Sequence record: ON000910.1
Length of the DNA: 64,000 nucleotides
Reading direction: 5' to 3' (one strand)
This document shows, one piece after another, positions 9,997-18,711 of this stretch. Both the position numbers and the translations under genes were made by a program. The notes under the pieces are model-generated. The model made no database searches. It saw only the letters and a list, made by a program, of their open reading frames with translations, and was not told the DNA's origin. Numbering within the stretch: position 1 is the first letter of the stretch; each line of letters begins with the position of its first letter.

Positions 9997-10419
9997 TCAG
10001 TTTAATGTTAATGCTTCAGATTTCGCGGCGTCGAAGTTGCTGCGCTTTACAAGACGCGCCATATTCAAATACATGTCTTCTGGTCGCGGTGTCCAATAAT
10101 TCCAATACGGCGTGTCAACGAACGTACGTTCAATCCATTCGCATATATCATCGAACTGTTCAACGTTGATATTCACACCACGATGTAATAACTCTTCGCA
10201 AAGGTCACGATAACGAACGTAAAGATAATGCAACTTATCAAAAAAGAACGTTTCATGACCTGCACCAAGCACATAATGCTCAGGAATAACTACATTACCC
10301 ATTGTATGCGCTTGTATGCGCTTCTCCACCTTGTTAAAGGGACGAGTTATCTCTTTGTACTCTGCAAGCAAATGCTTGTCTGAGAGCGTTTCAACCGGCA
10401 TACAATTGATTCTAGTCAT
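9997..10419 (-). CDS. denV: pyrimidine dimer DNA glycosylase / endonuclease V
   Basis: MTRINCMPVETLSDKHLLAEYKEITR, matching the T4 DenV N-terminus; LGAGHETFFFDKL. Confidence 0.95.
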   Translation of the reverse strand: MTRINCMPVETLSDKHLLAEYKEITRPFNKVEKRIQAHTMGNVVIPEHYVLGAGHETFFFDKLHYLYVRYRDLCEELLHRGVNINVEQFDDICEWIERTFVDTPYWNYWTPRPEDMYLNMARLVKRSNFDAAKSEALTLN

Positions 10420-10681
10420 TATGTTTCTCGAAATAGTTATAAAGGTGGTGTGTTGACATTTCGTATGTAGTTCTAGCCGATATCGACATCTCTTTGCCCT
10501 CGATGCACACCCAATCATATTGTATGTGCTTACCGTCTTTCGATACATTCACGACTTCGATTATATTCGCTCCTACGCTCGTGTCAACCCAATCTTTGCC
10601 AATTTGAAGATATCTTTCACCGATTTCAGGTGGTGTAATCGTTGGGAAAAGAAAATCTTTGATTTTAGTCAGTAGTTTCAT
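10412..10681 (-). CDS. (I/V)GxxY family member 3
   Basis: PEIGERY...IQYDW. Confidence 0.65.
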   Translation of the reverse strand: MKLLTKIKDFLFPTITPPEIGERYLQIGKDWVDTSVGANIIEVVNVSKDGKHIQYDWVCIEGKEMSISARTTYEMSTHHLYNYFEKHND

Positions 10682-10959
10682 GCTAACTCCAATTTCTCAA
10701 GCTCTTGTTTGAAGTGTTGTTTGTATTCGTCAGAAGAACCGTACATCGGCCAACCATTTTCGAGACCAAGTTCTGAGGCAATCATATCGAATACTTGATC
10801 GCGATCAGCGGTGTCAAGTGACTTGCAATCGTGTGTGTAAAACGTTGCCCAATATTCTTGCTCACACGCACTAGCGACTTTCTCTGCGATTACAGATGGC
10901 AGTACGCGATCTGTATAGCTCGTGAACTCACTATTAACTGCTTTTAAAAGACTAACCAT
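10678..10959 (-). CDS. hypothetical protein
   Basis: GAGG RBS; ATGA overlap downstream. Confidence 0.7.
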   Translation of the reverse strand: MVSLLKAVNSEFTSYTDRVLPSVIAEKVASACEQEYWATFYTHDCKSLDTADRDQVFDMIASELGLENGWPMYGSSDEYKQHFKQELEKLELA

Positions 10960-10960
10960 G

Positions 10961-11251
10961 TTACACCTCTAGTACTTCACGTGAAAAACCAACACAACCC
11001 GGGATATCACGCCAATCAAAGTTCAAGTAAGATTCAGCACACTTGCTCATTGCAGGACGATTCGCTGCTTTGCGGTCTAAATGACGCTCTGCAATCGAAC
11101 AGATAGAAGACATAGCAATAGACACTTCTTGATCTTGCTGTGCGCGATATGCAGCGCGAAGCTTCTCAACATTACCTTTTGTAATCTTGTCTGATTTCAA
11201 TGTAGCAACTAGATTCATGCAAGCTTTGATTGTTTCAGTTGTGTAGTTCAT
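10961..11251 (-). CDS. early hypothetical protein
   Basis: Directly downstream of promoter cassette. Confidence 0.75.
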   Translation of the reverse strand: MNYTTETIKACMNLVATLKSDKITKGNVEKLRAAYRAQQDQEVSIAMSSICSIAERHLDRKAANRPAMSKCAESYLNFDWRDIPGCVGFSREVLEV

Positions 11252-11323
11252 AATGTTCTCTCTGTATCTCGTTTCGATGTAGCTATAATACGCAAAAAGG
11301 GTCGCCGAAGCAACCCTTTTTTT
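11249..11323 (-). promoter_or_regulatory. early promoter embedded in a terminator hairpin (PeSL-like)
   Basis: AAAAAAAGGGTTGC-TTCG-GCGACCCTTTTT; -35 TTGCTT, 17 nt, -10 TATTAT, then AGCTACATCGAAACGA. Confidence 0.85.
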
Positions 11324-11325
11324 AG

Positions 11326-11979
11326 TTAAATTTGTAATTCACTGAAAATGTATTTCTGCATGAGACGTTTAAGCTCTTTTTTCTCTTGAGTTTCGTTTTC
11401 TTTCTGTTCGCGCTCTTGTTCAAGTTTCATTTTCTTGTCTCGTTGCGTCGCCTCGTCAATGTAACCTTGAATCGTTTTTACAGTGCTTTCAGCGTCCCAG
11501 AAGTCTTGAATGTTATGAGAGTACGTAATCACACCCTCATCACCACCCGCGTACATTTCATCAAAGCGAATACAGACATCACCATCTTCGTCTAACACTA
11601 CGCTTGTCAGCGTGAATTCAGAGCAGTCGAATTGTTCAAATTCCGACAAATTGTATTTGATGCGATTTGCAAACTCAGTCGCGTTGTGAAGAACATTTTG
11701 AACTTTATTCTGGAAGAACGTCATCGTTTCTTCGCGTTCTTCGTCAGTTGTCTGACCCATTTCAAGTAGATGTTTAGCACGCGCAATAGCTTTCTTGTCA
11801 GGACAGTCGTTGGTTTGAATTGAGATTGCATTATCGGACTTATGATAATGATGCAACTCATCAACACTAAACCAATACACATAGACGTAATTTTCTTCAT
11901 CTTCGTGCGCAAGTAACCCAATATCAGCGTATGGGATGTGACTTGAATTGCGACTTGCTTCTTTCAATACGTATTTCAT
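11326..11979 (-). CDS. hypothetical protein (paralog of 11988-12389)
   Basis: DEDGDVCIRF motif; C-terminal coiled coil. Confidence 0.75.
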   Translation of the reverse strand: MKYVLKEASRNSSHIPYADIGLLAHEDEENYVYVYWFSVDELHHYHKSDNAISIQTNDCPDKKAIARAKHLLEMGQTTDEEREETMTFFQNKVQNVLHNATEFANRIKYNLSEFEQFDCSEFTLTSVVLDEDGDVCIRFDEMYAGGDEGVITYSHNIQDFWDAESTVKTIQGYIDEATQRDKKMKLEQEREQKENETQEKKELKRLMQKYIFSELQI

Positions 11980-11987
11980 GTTAACCT

Positions 11988-12389
11988 CTATTGGTATTTT
12001 TCAGAAAGACGTTTCAACTCAGCGCGTTCTCGCGCTTCAATTGCGGCTTTCTCGTCTTCTTTTTTCTTTTCGATTCGCGCTTCGCGTTCAAGCTTTCTTT
12101 TTTCTGCTTGTTCGATGAATGAAGCAATCTCTGCGTCTGTTGATTCAGCGGTAAAGAAATCACCAATGTCGTACGTGTAAACGCTGTCGTCAAACACTTC
12201 ACCGCGGAAACGATCTTCAAATAGAATACAGATATCACCTTCTTCGTCGATTGTAGCACTGACAAATCGCATAGAACCATGAATCTCTCGATTTTCATAA
12301 TCACTCAAATAAGGGTGAATCGCGTTCGCGTAACGTTCAGCGTTTTCTAAAATTTCTTCGCACTTTGCTCGGTATTCTTCTAAATTCAT
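11988..12389 (-). CDS. hypothetical protein
   Basis: DEEGDICILF motif; C-terminal coiled coil. Confidence 0.75.
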   Translation of the reverse strand: MNLEEYRAKCEEILENAERYANAIHPYLSDYENREIHGSMRFVSATIDEEGDICILFEDRFRGEVFDDSVYTYDIGDFFTAESTDAEIASFIEQAEKRKLEREARIEKKKEDEKAAIEARERAELKRLSEKYQ

Positions 12390-12390
12390 G

Positions 12391-12984
12391 TTAACCTCGA
12401 ATTAACGGAAAGTCATCTTTCCATAGTGTTAGATACGAATTGCATTGTCCAACCCCACCGCCCGAACCACAGTTAACACCTGGTATGTGTCCTAGATACT
12501 TGCGGTACAAATCAAACGATTTTCTACTACCTTGCTGTTCCCAATGACAACGAATATTGCAAGCTAGACCGCGCTTAATATCTTCGTTGTTTTCTGACCA
12601 CATCGAGCAAGTATTCTCACCAACTGGCGCACTGTGTGTCATACGCGCTTCGATAAATGGCTTGTGTTGAGTACTGAAAAGACAATATTCCCATCTGACA
12701 TTCATCATTCGCGGTGTTTTACGCTCTTCACCGTAGTAGTGTAACACGTGAACCGCTTCGATGATCATGTCTTCTTCATCTTGAATGATTTCAAACAAGT
12801 GCTTGAACGAACATGCACGCAATCGAATCGTGTCGAGATACTTGCTTGCTTGTGCTTGCTGAATTGCTTTAACTTTTAAAAACGTGTCGTGTTGACGACA
12901 ACGCTTTTCATGAGCTGCAACTTCACCTTGTAATATGCTTTGAAAATCGCAGTAGTCGCATACGTGTACTGTCATTTGATGCAT
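12391..12984 (-). CDS. hypothetical protein with N-terminal C2HC zinc-finger-like motif
   Basis: CDYC...HEKRC. Confidence 0.7.
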   Translation of the reverse strand: MHQMTVHVCDYCDFQSILQGEVAAHEKRCRQHDTFLKVKAIQQAQASKYLDTIRLRACSFKHLFEIIQDEEDMIIEAVHVLHYYGEERKTPRMMNVRWEYCLFSTQHKPFIEARMTHSAPVGENTCSMWSENNEDIKRGLACNIRCHWEQQGSRKSFDLYRKYLGHIPGVNCGSGGGVGQCNSYLTLWKDDFPLIRG

Positions 12985-13364
12985 TTGATATCTCCGTGTT
13001 CAATTTTTTCCCAGCCGCCAGTGATTTCATCTGGGTCAATACCGCGACTACTAAGTTCTGCAATCATGTAATCTTTGAAATCGTGACCACTCATGTGATT
13101 CTCAGGTGATTCGAACCAATAAATCACTTTACCGAAGTTGGTTCGCCAGTATTTCTCTGCGTTAGTCAGTTCACAGTAACGTTTAACACCACCGCCACCA
13201 CCATGCATGTGACTTAGAGAATCAAACCATCTTGGCTCTTCATCTAGTTGCTCATCGCCCGCATCGAATTCAATTGGCTCTGGTTTATACGGCATACCGT
13301 ATCTGATACAGAGATAAGTGCCGCTTTCATGCGGCAATCTTTCTCTTACGTCTATTGGTTGCAT
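12972..13364 (-). CDS. hypothetical protein
   Basis: ERLP..SGTYL N-terminus typical of phage DUF551-like proteins. Confidence 0.65.
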   Translation of the reverse strand: MQPIDVRERLPHESGTYLCIRYGMPYKPEPIEFDAGDEQLDEEPRWFDSLSHMHGGGGGVKRYCELTNAEKYWRTNFGKVIYWFESPENHMSGHDFKDYMIAELSSRGIDPDEITGGWEKIEHGDIKCIK

Positions 13365-13918
13365 TATTTCACCAAGTCTTGCAAATTAACAGCTTGGTCA
13401 TCAAGCACACCGCGATGATTGCGAACAACGTATTTTACGTTCTTTTCATATGTGTTCGCGTGGCTGCGCAAGATCTTGCGTGCAGCAGGTGTTTTGCCTT
13501 CTCGAATGTATTGAATAACAGTCTCGATACCAACTTCGTTCGAAGTGAATTTCTTATGACGGTACGACTTATCGACAATCATTTCGGCAATACATTTTTC
13601 AATCAGTGCAATAATACCAGTGCGTGGTGGAGCATTGCGACCGTCACGGTACTGTACGTTCTTCAGACCAATCTTGTCAGCGTACTTACGACATGTGTAA
13701 CGGTGTGCAAACTTAGTAGAACCTGCGTATTTCTTACCTTTGACGCGAGTTAGCAATCCCGCTTTCACACCTTCTTCAAGCTCTTTAGCACATTGACGAC
13801 GCACTGAGTCGATATATGTATCGCTTTTGCTTTCGTCGTAGAAATTCTGACCAAGCTCGTATGCAGTTGGCATGTAAGTTCCAGCGAATGCGATTACTAG
13901 TTGTACTGATTTGTTCAT
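13364..13918 (-). CDS. basic hypothetical protein
   Basis: 184-aa ORF. Confidence 0.75.
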   Translation of the reverse strand: MNKSVQLVIAFAGTYMPTAYELGQNFYDESKSDTYIDSVRRQCAKELEEGVKAGLLTRVKGKKYAGSTKFAHRYTCRKYADKIGLKNVQYRDGRNAPPRTGIIALIEKCIAEMIVDKSYRHKKFTSNEVGIETVIQYIREGKTPAARKILRSHANTYEKNVKYVVRNHRGVLDDQAVNLQDLVK

Positions 13919-13949
13919 AATGTTTTTCTCTCAAGTTTTGGATAAAGTT

Positions 13950-14570
13950 TTATTTGTTTGCAAGTTGTGCTTTTAGTTGCTCAAGACGTTGAATCTCTGC
14001 ATTGATTTCACTGATTTCTTGTGAACGTAGAGTCGTTTTTAACAATCGTTTTGCATTGAAAATTGTTGCCGAACCTCTCGGTTCACCTGTAACATTCTCG
14101 ACGTGTTTCAAATACATTTGCTCAGAAGAAGCAAGACCGTCATGCATCGATAGTAGCTCACGAGCCGATAAATCATTGCGCATCAACGCAACAGCGTATC
14201 CCATCGGCGTATTCAATGAGGGTTGAGAACTATTCTCGTCATTCCCCATAGATTTTTTCTGCTTTCGTTTTTGGTAGTTTTCAGCAGACCTTGCACGTTG
14301 CTTTTCTTTACGAGATTCGAGAATATCACTACCAAGCTTATAAACCCATTCAACTTCGTTGATGAAATCTTCGTCGTCCCAATTACTGAATGCATTTCTA
14401 TATTCATCATACGTAAAGCTTTCATATTTGTGCATCTGATTTTTTGGCACAACAACAAAACCGTTCTCTGTAGCAGGCATGCTGTGTAGAAAATAATTTG
14501 AATTCGTAGTGTGAATTGCAACGTATGCGTCATCGCCGCGAAAGAAAAATCTCAAATCTTTGATGTTCAT
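13950..14570 (-). CDS. hypothetical protein
   Basis: 206-aa ORF; AGGA RBS. Confidence 0.75.
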   Translation of the reverse strand: MNIKDLRFFFRGDDAYVAIHTTNSNYFLHSMPATENGFVVVPKNQMHKYESFTYDEYRNAFSNWDDEDFINEVEWVYKLGSDILESRKEKQRARSAENYQKRKQKKSMGNDENSSQPSLNTPMGYAVALMRNDLSARELLSMHDGLASSEQMYLKHVENVTGEPRGSATIFNAKRLLKTTLRSQEISEINAEIQRLEQLKAQLANK

Positions 14571-14579
14571 AATATGTCC

Positions 14580-14750
14580 TTAAAATGTATCAGATAGTGT
14601 TGTAATCAGTTCGAAAGATTCTAGCTCATGAACTTCGTACGTGTCAAGAACTAATTCAGCTTGTGAAAGCTTTTGTACTTCACACTTGTTATCTCGATGA
14701 GATTTCACAATGAAATCTTCACCGTTAATACGTCTGATTTGATTTACCAT
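14580..14750 (-). CDS. small protein, 56 aa (gene B; not in track)
   Basis: Hand-translated MVNQIRRINGEDFIVKSHRD...; AAGG RBS. Confidence 0.6.
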   Translation of the reverse strand: MVNQIRRINGEDFIVKSHRDNKCEVQKLSQAELVLDTYEVHELESFELITTLSDTF

Positions 14751-14765
14751 TTTATCTGCCTTTTA
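14727..14765. repeat. 39-bp direct repeat copy 1 (copy 2 at 15799-15837)
   Basis: AATACGTCTGATTTGATTTACCA(T/A)TTTATCTGCCTTTTA, 38/39 identical. Confidence 0.9.
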
Positions 14766-14997
14766 GTTTGTTTACAACCGCTATGAATAACTTTTCTACA
14801 GCAATTGCCGACCCAATCACGATTACAAAGATTGAAATAACAGGCCATAACATACCAATCACTAGAACACGTTGAGCAAAGTCACCCGTTGTCTCTTCTT
14901 TGTTGTTTTTAACTTCGTAGTAAATGTAATACGCGATAATCAACAACATAACACCGAAGTACGAACCGAAGTATACGATAGCTGTAATATCAGGCAT
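14752..14997 (-). CDS. membrane protein (gene Z)
   Basis: Two TM segments; ends LKGR. Confidence 0.7.
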   Translation of the reverse strand: MPDITAIVYFGSYFGVMLLIIAYYIYYEVKNNKEETTGDFAQRVLVIGMLWPVISIFVIVIGSAIAVEKLFIAVVNKLKGR

Positions 14998-15262
14998 TGA
15001 TCACCTCCCAATACTTCTTGTAATTCTCTTGAAAGTGTGTCAGTGCATCATCGTATGTCTCACCGTCGAAATTAACATCTGCCGCTTTGACAAAACACAG
15101 ACGCTTAACCATACCTGGCTTACCGCACGGGTAGAACAAGTCTAATTCGTCATTGAACATGCGAACATCAGTAATGTTATCGCGAAGCTCTTCAGCAGTG
15201 TTAATAGGGATTCTGTCGTATACAACTCGCGATTTAATTAACGCTAACATGCTGTGCCTCAC
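14990..15262 (-). CDS. hypothetical protein
   Basis: 90-aa ORF. Confidence 0.65.
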   Translation of the reverse strand: MRHSMLALIKSRVVYDRIPINTAEELRDNITDVRMFNDELDLFYPCGKPGMVKRLCFVKAADVNFDGETYDDALTHFQENYKKYWEVINA

Positions 15263-15470
15263 CTTGATAATGCTCTAATGATACGCTCGTATGATCTGCA
15301 AGCGAAATTAAACCTTTCTTGAGTAAAGCACGACACGTAATCGTCATCGGCAATACACACGGTCTGTTTTGCTGCTCATGAAAGCATAGCTTGTTATTGC
15401 TAGTGTAAGCGTATGCAATCATCGTGCCGTTGCGTAGACCTTCTAGAATGCGCTCTTGTTGTCTTGTCAT
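15234..15470 (-). CDS. hypothetical protein
   Basis: ATGA-type overlap with upstream stop. Confidence 0.6.
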   Translation of the reverse strand: MTRQQERILEGLRNGTMIAYAYTSNNKLCFHEQQNRPCVLPMTITCRALLKKGLISLADHTSVSLEHYQGEAQHVSVN

Positions 15471-15769
15471 AGTCCCAACGCCCATCGCTCTTCTTTGCTT
15501 AGTTTCGCTAACGCAGATTGCTTTAGACTCTCTCTATGCGCGGCTGTGCTTTCGTCAAGTGACTCGTACACTGTAATTTCTTTAACATCCCAATCAGGAT
15601 ACGCTTCATTTCGCCAGTCGCCTTTTGCAGGCTTGCGACCCATGACACCAGTCTTACCTTTAGTACAAGCCCATGCATCATCTTCGTTTGTGAAATACGC
15701 GGTTGGTTTCATCATACCGCGACCTTCAGTCATGTCAGTTTGATAGCGTACAACATAAATCTTTTGCAT
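15467..15769 (-). CDS. hypothetical protein (gene Y)
   Basis: DMTEGRG motif; TAATG coupling. Confidence 0.75.
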   Translation of the reverse strand: MQKIYVVRYQTDMTEGRGMMKPTAYFTNEDDAWACTKGKTGVMGRKPAKGDWRNEAYPDWDVKEITVYESLDESTAAHRESLKQSALAKLSKEERWALGL

Positions 15770-15822
15770 TACAGTGCTCCCATTACTAGTTCTTCTTGAA
15801 TACGTCTGATTTGATTTACCAA
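15769..15822 (-). pseudogene. 17-codon chimeric mini-ORF (start of gene B fused to end of gene A)
   Basis: TTG GTA AAT CAA ATC AGA CGT ATT CAA GAA GAA CTA GTA ATG GGA GCA CTG TAA. Confidence 0.7.
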
Positions 15823-15823
15823 T

Positions 15824-16072
15824 TTATCTGCCTTTTAAGTTCAAATCACAGCCGATTTTCCAGTCATAGCCCCGCACACTCACAATCGCTTCGTATCTAT
15901 GCGGCAAGTTATAATCAGTGAGATCATCATACCGAAACTGACCTATCTCATCGTCTAACAACGTAGCGCGGTGATTGAGAGATTTCTCAGTTATCCCCAA
16001 CTCTTCTAAACGGCTTCTAAGAATCTCAAGAGCCTCATTTTCTTGTTGTTCGTGCATTCTTACTAAAAACAT
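15824..16072 (-). CDS. hypothetical protein (gene X, apparently inserted)
   Basis: TAATG-coupled to gene A; ends LKGR like gene Z. Confidence 0.7.
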   Translation of the reverse strand: MFLVRMHEQQENEALEILRSRLEELGITEKSLNHRATLLDDEIGQFRYDDLTDYNLPHRYEAIVSVRGYDWKIGCDLNLKGR

Positions 16073-16114
16073 TACAGTGCTCCCATTACTACTAGTTTCT
16101 TCTTGAATACGTCT
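16070..16114. repeat. ~45-bp direct repeat copy 1 (copy 2 at 15767-15807)
   Basis: CATTACAGTGCTCCCATTACTA...TTCTTCTTGAATACGTCT; copy 2 lacks 3+1 nt. Confidence 0.9.
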
Positions 16115-16656
16115 AGACGTTGCTCAAATGCATTGCCTTCAGCGTCGTTGCTCATGATGTACCAATCTTTGTACTTGCCACGCTGCTCAAATGTGATGTC
16201 AGTCATACCAAGAATCTCTGTTGCTTTCTCAGCTACTAAATCACGTGCTGCTTGACCACGTACGTTAGTTTTCTTTGGCGCTTCAGTTTTCTCAACTGCC
16301 TTCGCTTTCGGCTCAACTGCTTTCTCAACTTTTGGCGCAGTGACTTTCGCAACTAGCTCTTCGTATTGACCAACGAAGTCATTTTGTGCAATCGCCATTT
16401 CAGCAATTTGACCCGCAGTGTGCTGAACATCATTCAACTCAGCTTGCAAGTAAGCTTTCGCTTCTTTAAGTGTGTCACCGCATACTTCAGTCACTGATAC
16501 GTGTGCGTCTGAGTTTTCGTCGTAACATACAGCAGCGCGTAGTACAATCTCATCTGCTTCTTCAGTAGCAAAGATAGTGAAATCTTTGTATAAAATAGTG
16601 CTGATACCGAATTCGCGAATGTCTTTGATTTTGATGTTGTTTAGATTGCTTGGCAT
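16072..16656 (-). CDS. early hypothetical protein (gene A)
   Basis: 194 aa; downstream of early promoter; Lys/Ala-rich linker. Confidence 0.8.
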   Translation of the reverse strand: MPSNLNNIKIKDIREFGISTILYKDFTIFATEEADEIVLRAAVCYDENSDAHVSVTEVCGDTLKEAKAYLQAELNDVQHTAGQIAEMAIAQNDFVGQYEELVAKVTAPKVEKAVEPKAKAVEKTEAPKKTNVRGQAARDLVAEKATEILGMTDITFEQRGKYKDWYIMSNDAEGNAFEQRLDVFKKKLVVMGAL

Positions 16657-16750
16657 AATGTTCTCTCTTAGTTAAGTCGTTTAAGATTGTGTATCTCGTT
16701 TCGATGTAGATATAATACTAAATCACCATTCACCACGCAACCACTTTTTG
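16654..16750 (-). promoter_or_regulatory. early promoter with conserved leader
   Basis: AAAAAGTGG-TTGCGT-17 nt-TATTAT...ACATCGAAACGA. Confidence 0.8.
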
Positions 16751-16791
16751 CAAAAAACTTAAACTTTTTTCTTTTATTTTTCTTCAGACCT

Positions 16792-16817
16792 AAAAAAGCC
16801 CCAATTAAGGGGCTTTT
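16792..16817 (-). terminator. rho-independent terminator
   Basis: AAAAGCCCC-loop-GGGGCTTTT. Confidence 0.8.
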
Positions 16818-16818
16818 A

Positions 16819-17142
16819 TTACTTGTAAACAGTCATTGTCACTTGATGCGGGTGTACTTCTGCTACATCATCAAGTGTCGCCATGTCTAAATCCATGTCA
16901 CTGGCACAGTTATCACCAGTAATGTGATAATCGAATGTCTGGAAGTAACGCTCTACACCGTCGATGTCAACAGCATGTACGACAGAACGAACGTCATACC
17001 AACGATGCTCAGAATCGGTTTCTTCTTGGACGACTCGCTTGCTCAAACATTCTACAAATGTTTCATACATCGAATCTGGCTCGTTTGAATAACCATGTTC
17101 GTCGTTGTACGCTTTTACTGCGTCATATAGTGCTTGGCTCAT
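16819..17142 (-). CDS. acidic hypothetical protein
   Basis: Start MSQALY overlaps upstream stop. Confidence 0.7.
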   Translation of the reverse strand: MSQALYDAVKAYNDEHGYSNEPDSMYETFVECLSKRVVQEETDSEHRWYDVRSVVHAVDIDGVERYFQTFDYHITGDNCASDMDLDMATLDDVAEVHPHQVTMTVYK

Positions 17143-17486
17143 TTTGCCCACCCCATTTTGTATAGCAGTTCGCAAGTTGCTTCAACGTCATTTTCGACAT
17201 CGGCAACCCATTCGAATAGCTTTTCGTTAATATTACATACGGCATACACGTCCATGTAACCGCTCATATACGTACTTTCTTCTTCAAGAACTTTCACGTA
17301 TGATTCGTCGTATTGAACAACTTTACCGTCGGCATCGACTTCAATCGAATACGATTCTTCGGGATCATCTTCAACTAGCTTCATGACATCTAGAAACTTG
17401 TCTAAACACGGGTCTGTCATCGGTATAAAACGATGCCATGTTTCACCTTCGTGATCGTTATATTCTGTATAACGTACGTATTTCAT
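17139..17486 (-). CDS. acidic hypothetical protein
   Basis: EYNDHEGETW motif. Confidence 0.7.
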   Translation of the reverse strand: MKYVRYTEYNDHEGETWHRFIPMTDPCLDKFLDVMKLVEDDPEESYSIEVDADGKVVQYDESYVKVLEEESTYMSGYMDVYAVCNINEKLFEWVADVENDVEATCELLYKMGWAK

Positions 17487-17785
17487 CCCAACACCCTTTT
17501 CACTTTCAAATATGTTTCGTAATCGGTCTTCTGAATTTGCGCTTCAGAACCGATTACACCTTTAAGACGATAATTTATATTGTCATCGTCTGAATCAAAA
17601 TGCATACGAGTACCACAGTCAATGCATTTCACTTCATTCCAATAACAATCACACGTCGGGTCGTAATTGCCCGTGTTAGACTTGAGTTCATAAGCCACAC
17701 GAGTATGCTGGCAACGACTGCGCTCTTGTTCTAACTTATGCTGAAGCTCGGCAATCTGCGCTTCTAATTCAAATACGCTGTCCAT
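17483..17785 (-). CDS. coiled-coil/zinc-ribbon protein (paralog of 18364-18669)
   Basis: CQHTRV...CIDC. Confidence 0.75.
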   Translation of the reverse strand: MDSVFELEAQIAELQHKLEQERSRCQHTRVAYELKSNTGNYDPTCDCYWNEVKCIDCGTRMHFDSDDDNINYRLKGVIGSEAQIQKTDYETYLKVKRVLG

Positions 17786-18355
17786 CTAAATCCCCTTTAG
17801 AAAATGCTTACGACACATACTACGGTAATCAGTATCACCGATATGTGTCTGCTCGCCTTCTGTTACGCGCTCACCATCGATGTACAAGCCGATATGAGTT
17901 GCTTTCTTATGACAACCATCAACTGAACACATTGCTTTGATTTCGCGAATCTCATCGGCATGACACATCAACGCAGCAGACCCCGCAAACAAATTACCCA
18001 TGTAATCATTACGTATGCCATAACAAAGTACTGGTATGTTGTACTGATCAACCAGAGTAGCAAGCTGAAGTACTTGTTTCTCAGTTAGAAACTGACATTC
18101 GTCAACGAAAATCGCAGCAGGAACTAGTTCAAATAACGCATAGTCTACGAAGTCGAAGTCCTCAGAGTACAATACTGCATCATGCTCAAGCCCAATACGA
18201 CTTGAGATCTTACCAGTTCCACCAAAACGATTGTCTTGATAGTAGTTAAAATACCACACAGTAGAACCAGTCTGTTCATAGTTATGAGCAGCTTGTAATA
18301 GCTGTGCAGATTTGCCCGCGTTCATAGCGGAATAATTGTAGTAAAGTTTTGCCAT
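17786..18355 (-). CDS. tk: thymidine kinase
   Basis: YSAMNAGKS P-loop, FVDECQFL, YGIRNDY, C-terminal Zn Cys pairs. Confidence 0.96.
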   Translation of the reverse strand: MAKLYYNYSAMNAGKSAQLLQAAHNYEQTGSTVWYFNYYQDNRFGGTGKISSRIGLEHDAVLYSEDFDFVDYALFELVPAAIFVDECQFLTEKQVLQLATLVDQYNIPVLCYGIRNDYMGNLFAGSAALMCHADEIREIKAMCSVDGCHKKATHIGLYIDGERVTEGEQTHIGDTDYRSMCRKHFLKGI

Positions 18356-18363
18356 GTTAGTCC

Positions 18364-18669
18364 TTAATATGGATATGGTGGAACTGGCTCACCGTCAATC
18401 GCTGCTTTAACTTGCAAGTAGATTTTGTACTTCTCTTCTTCAATACTCAAATCACTACCAATCTCACGTTGCATATGATAGTTTAATATATCAACATGAG
18501 AGTAGAAACGATGTACGGTCTTGCAGTCAATACAACGAACATCACGCCAATCACCACTGTCATTTGAACCAATAGTATACGTGACTCTTGTATGACGACA
18601 TTTATCACGCTCTTCGTCAATCTCTTTCTGGAGTGATAACATCTGTTTTTCCAATTCAACTATTCTCAT
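18364..18669 (-). CDS. coiled-coil/zinc-ribbon protein
   Basis: CRHTRV...CIDC. Confidence 0.75.
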   Translation of the reverse strand: MRIVELEKQMLSLQKEIDEERDKCRHTRVTYTIGSNDSGDWRDVRCIDCKTVHRFYSHVDILNYHMQREIGSDLSIEEEKYKIYLQVKAAIDGEPVPPYPY

Positions 18670-18711
18670 TAGATAATCACCGATATAGTTCCCTGCGTAT
18701 GCGCAATAAAC

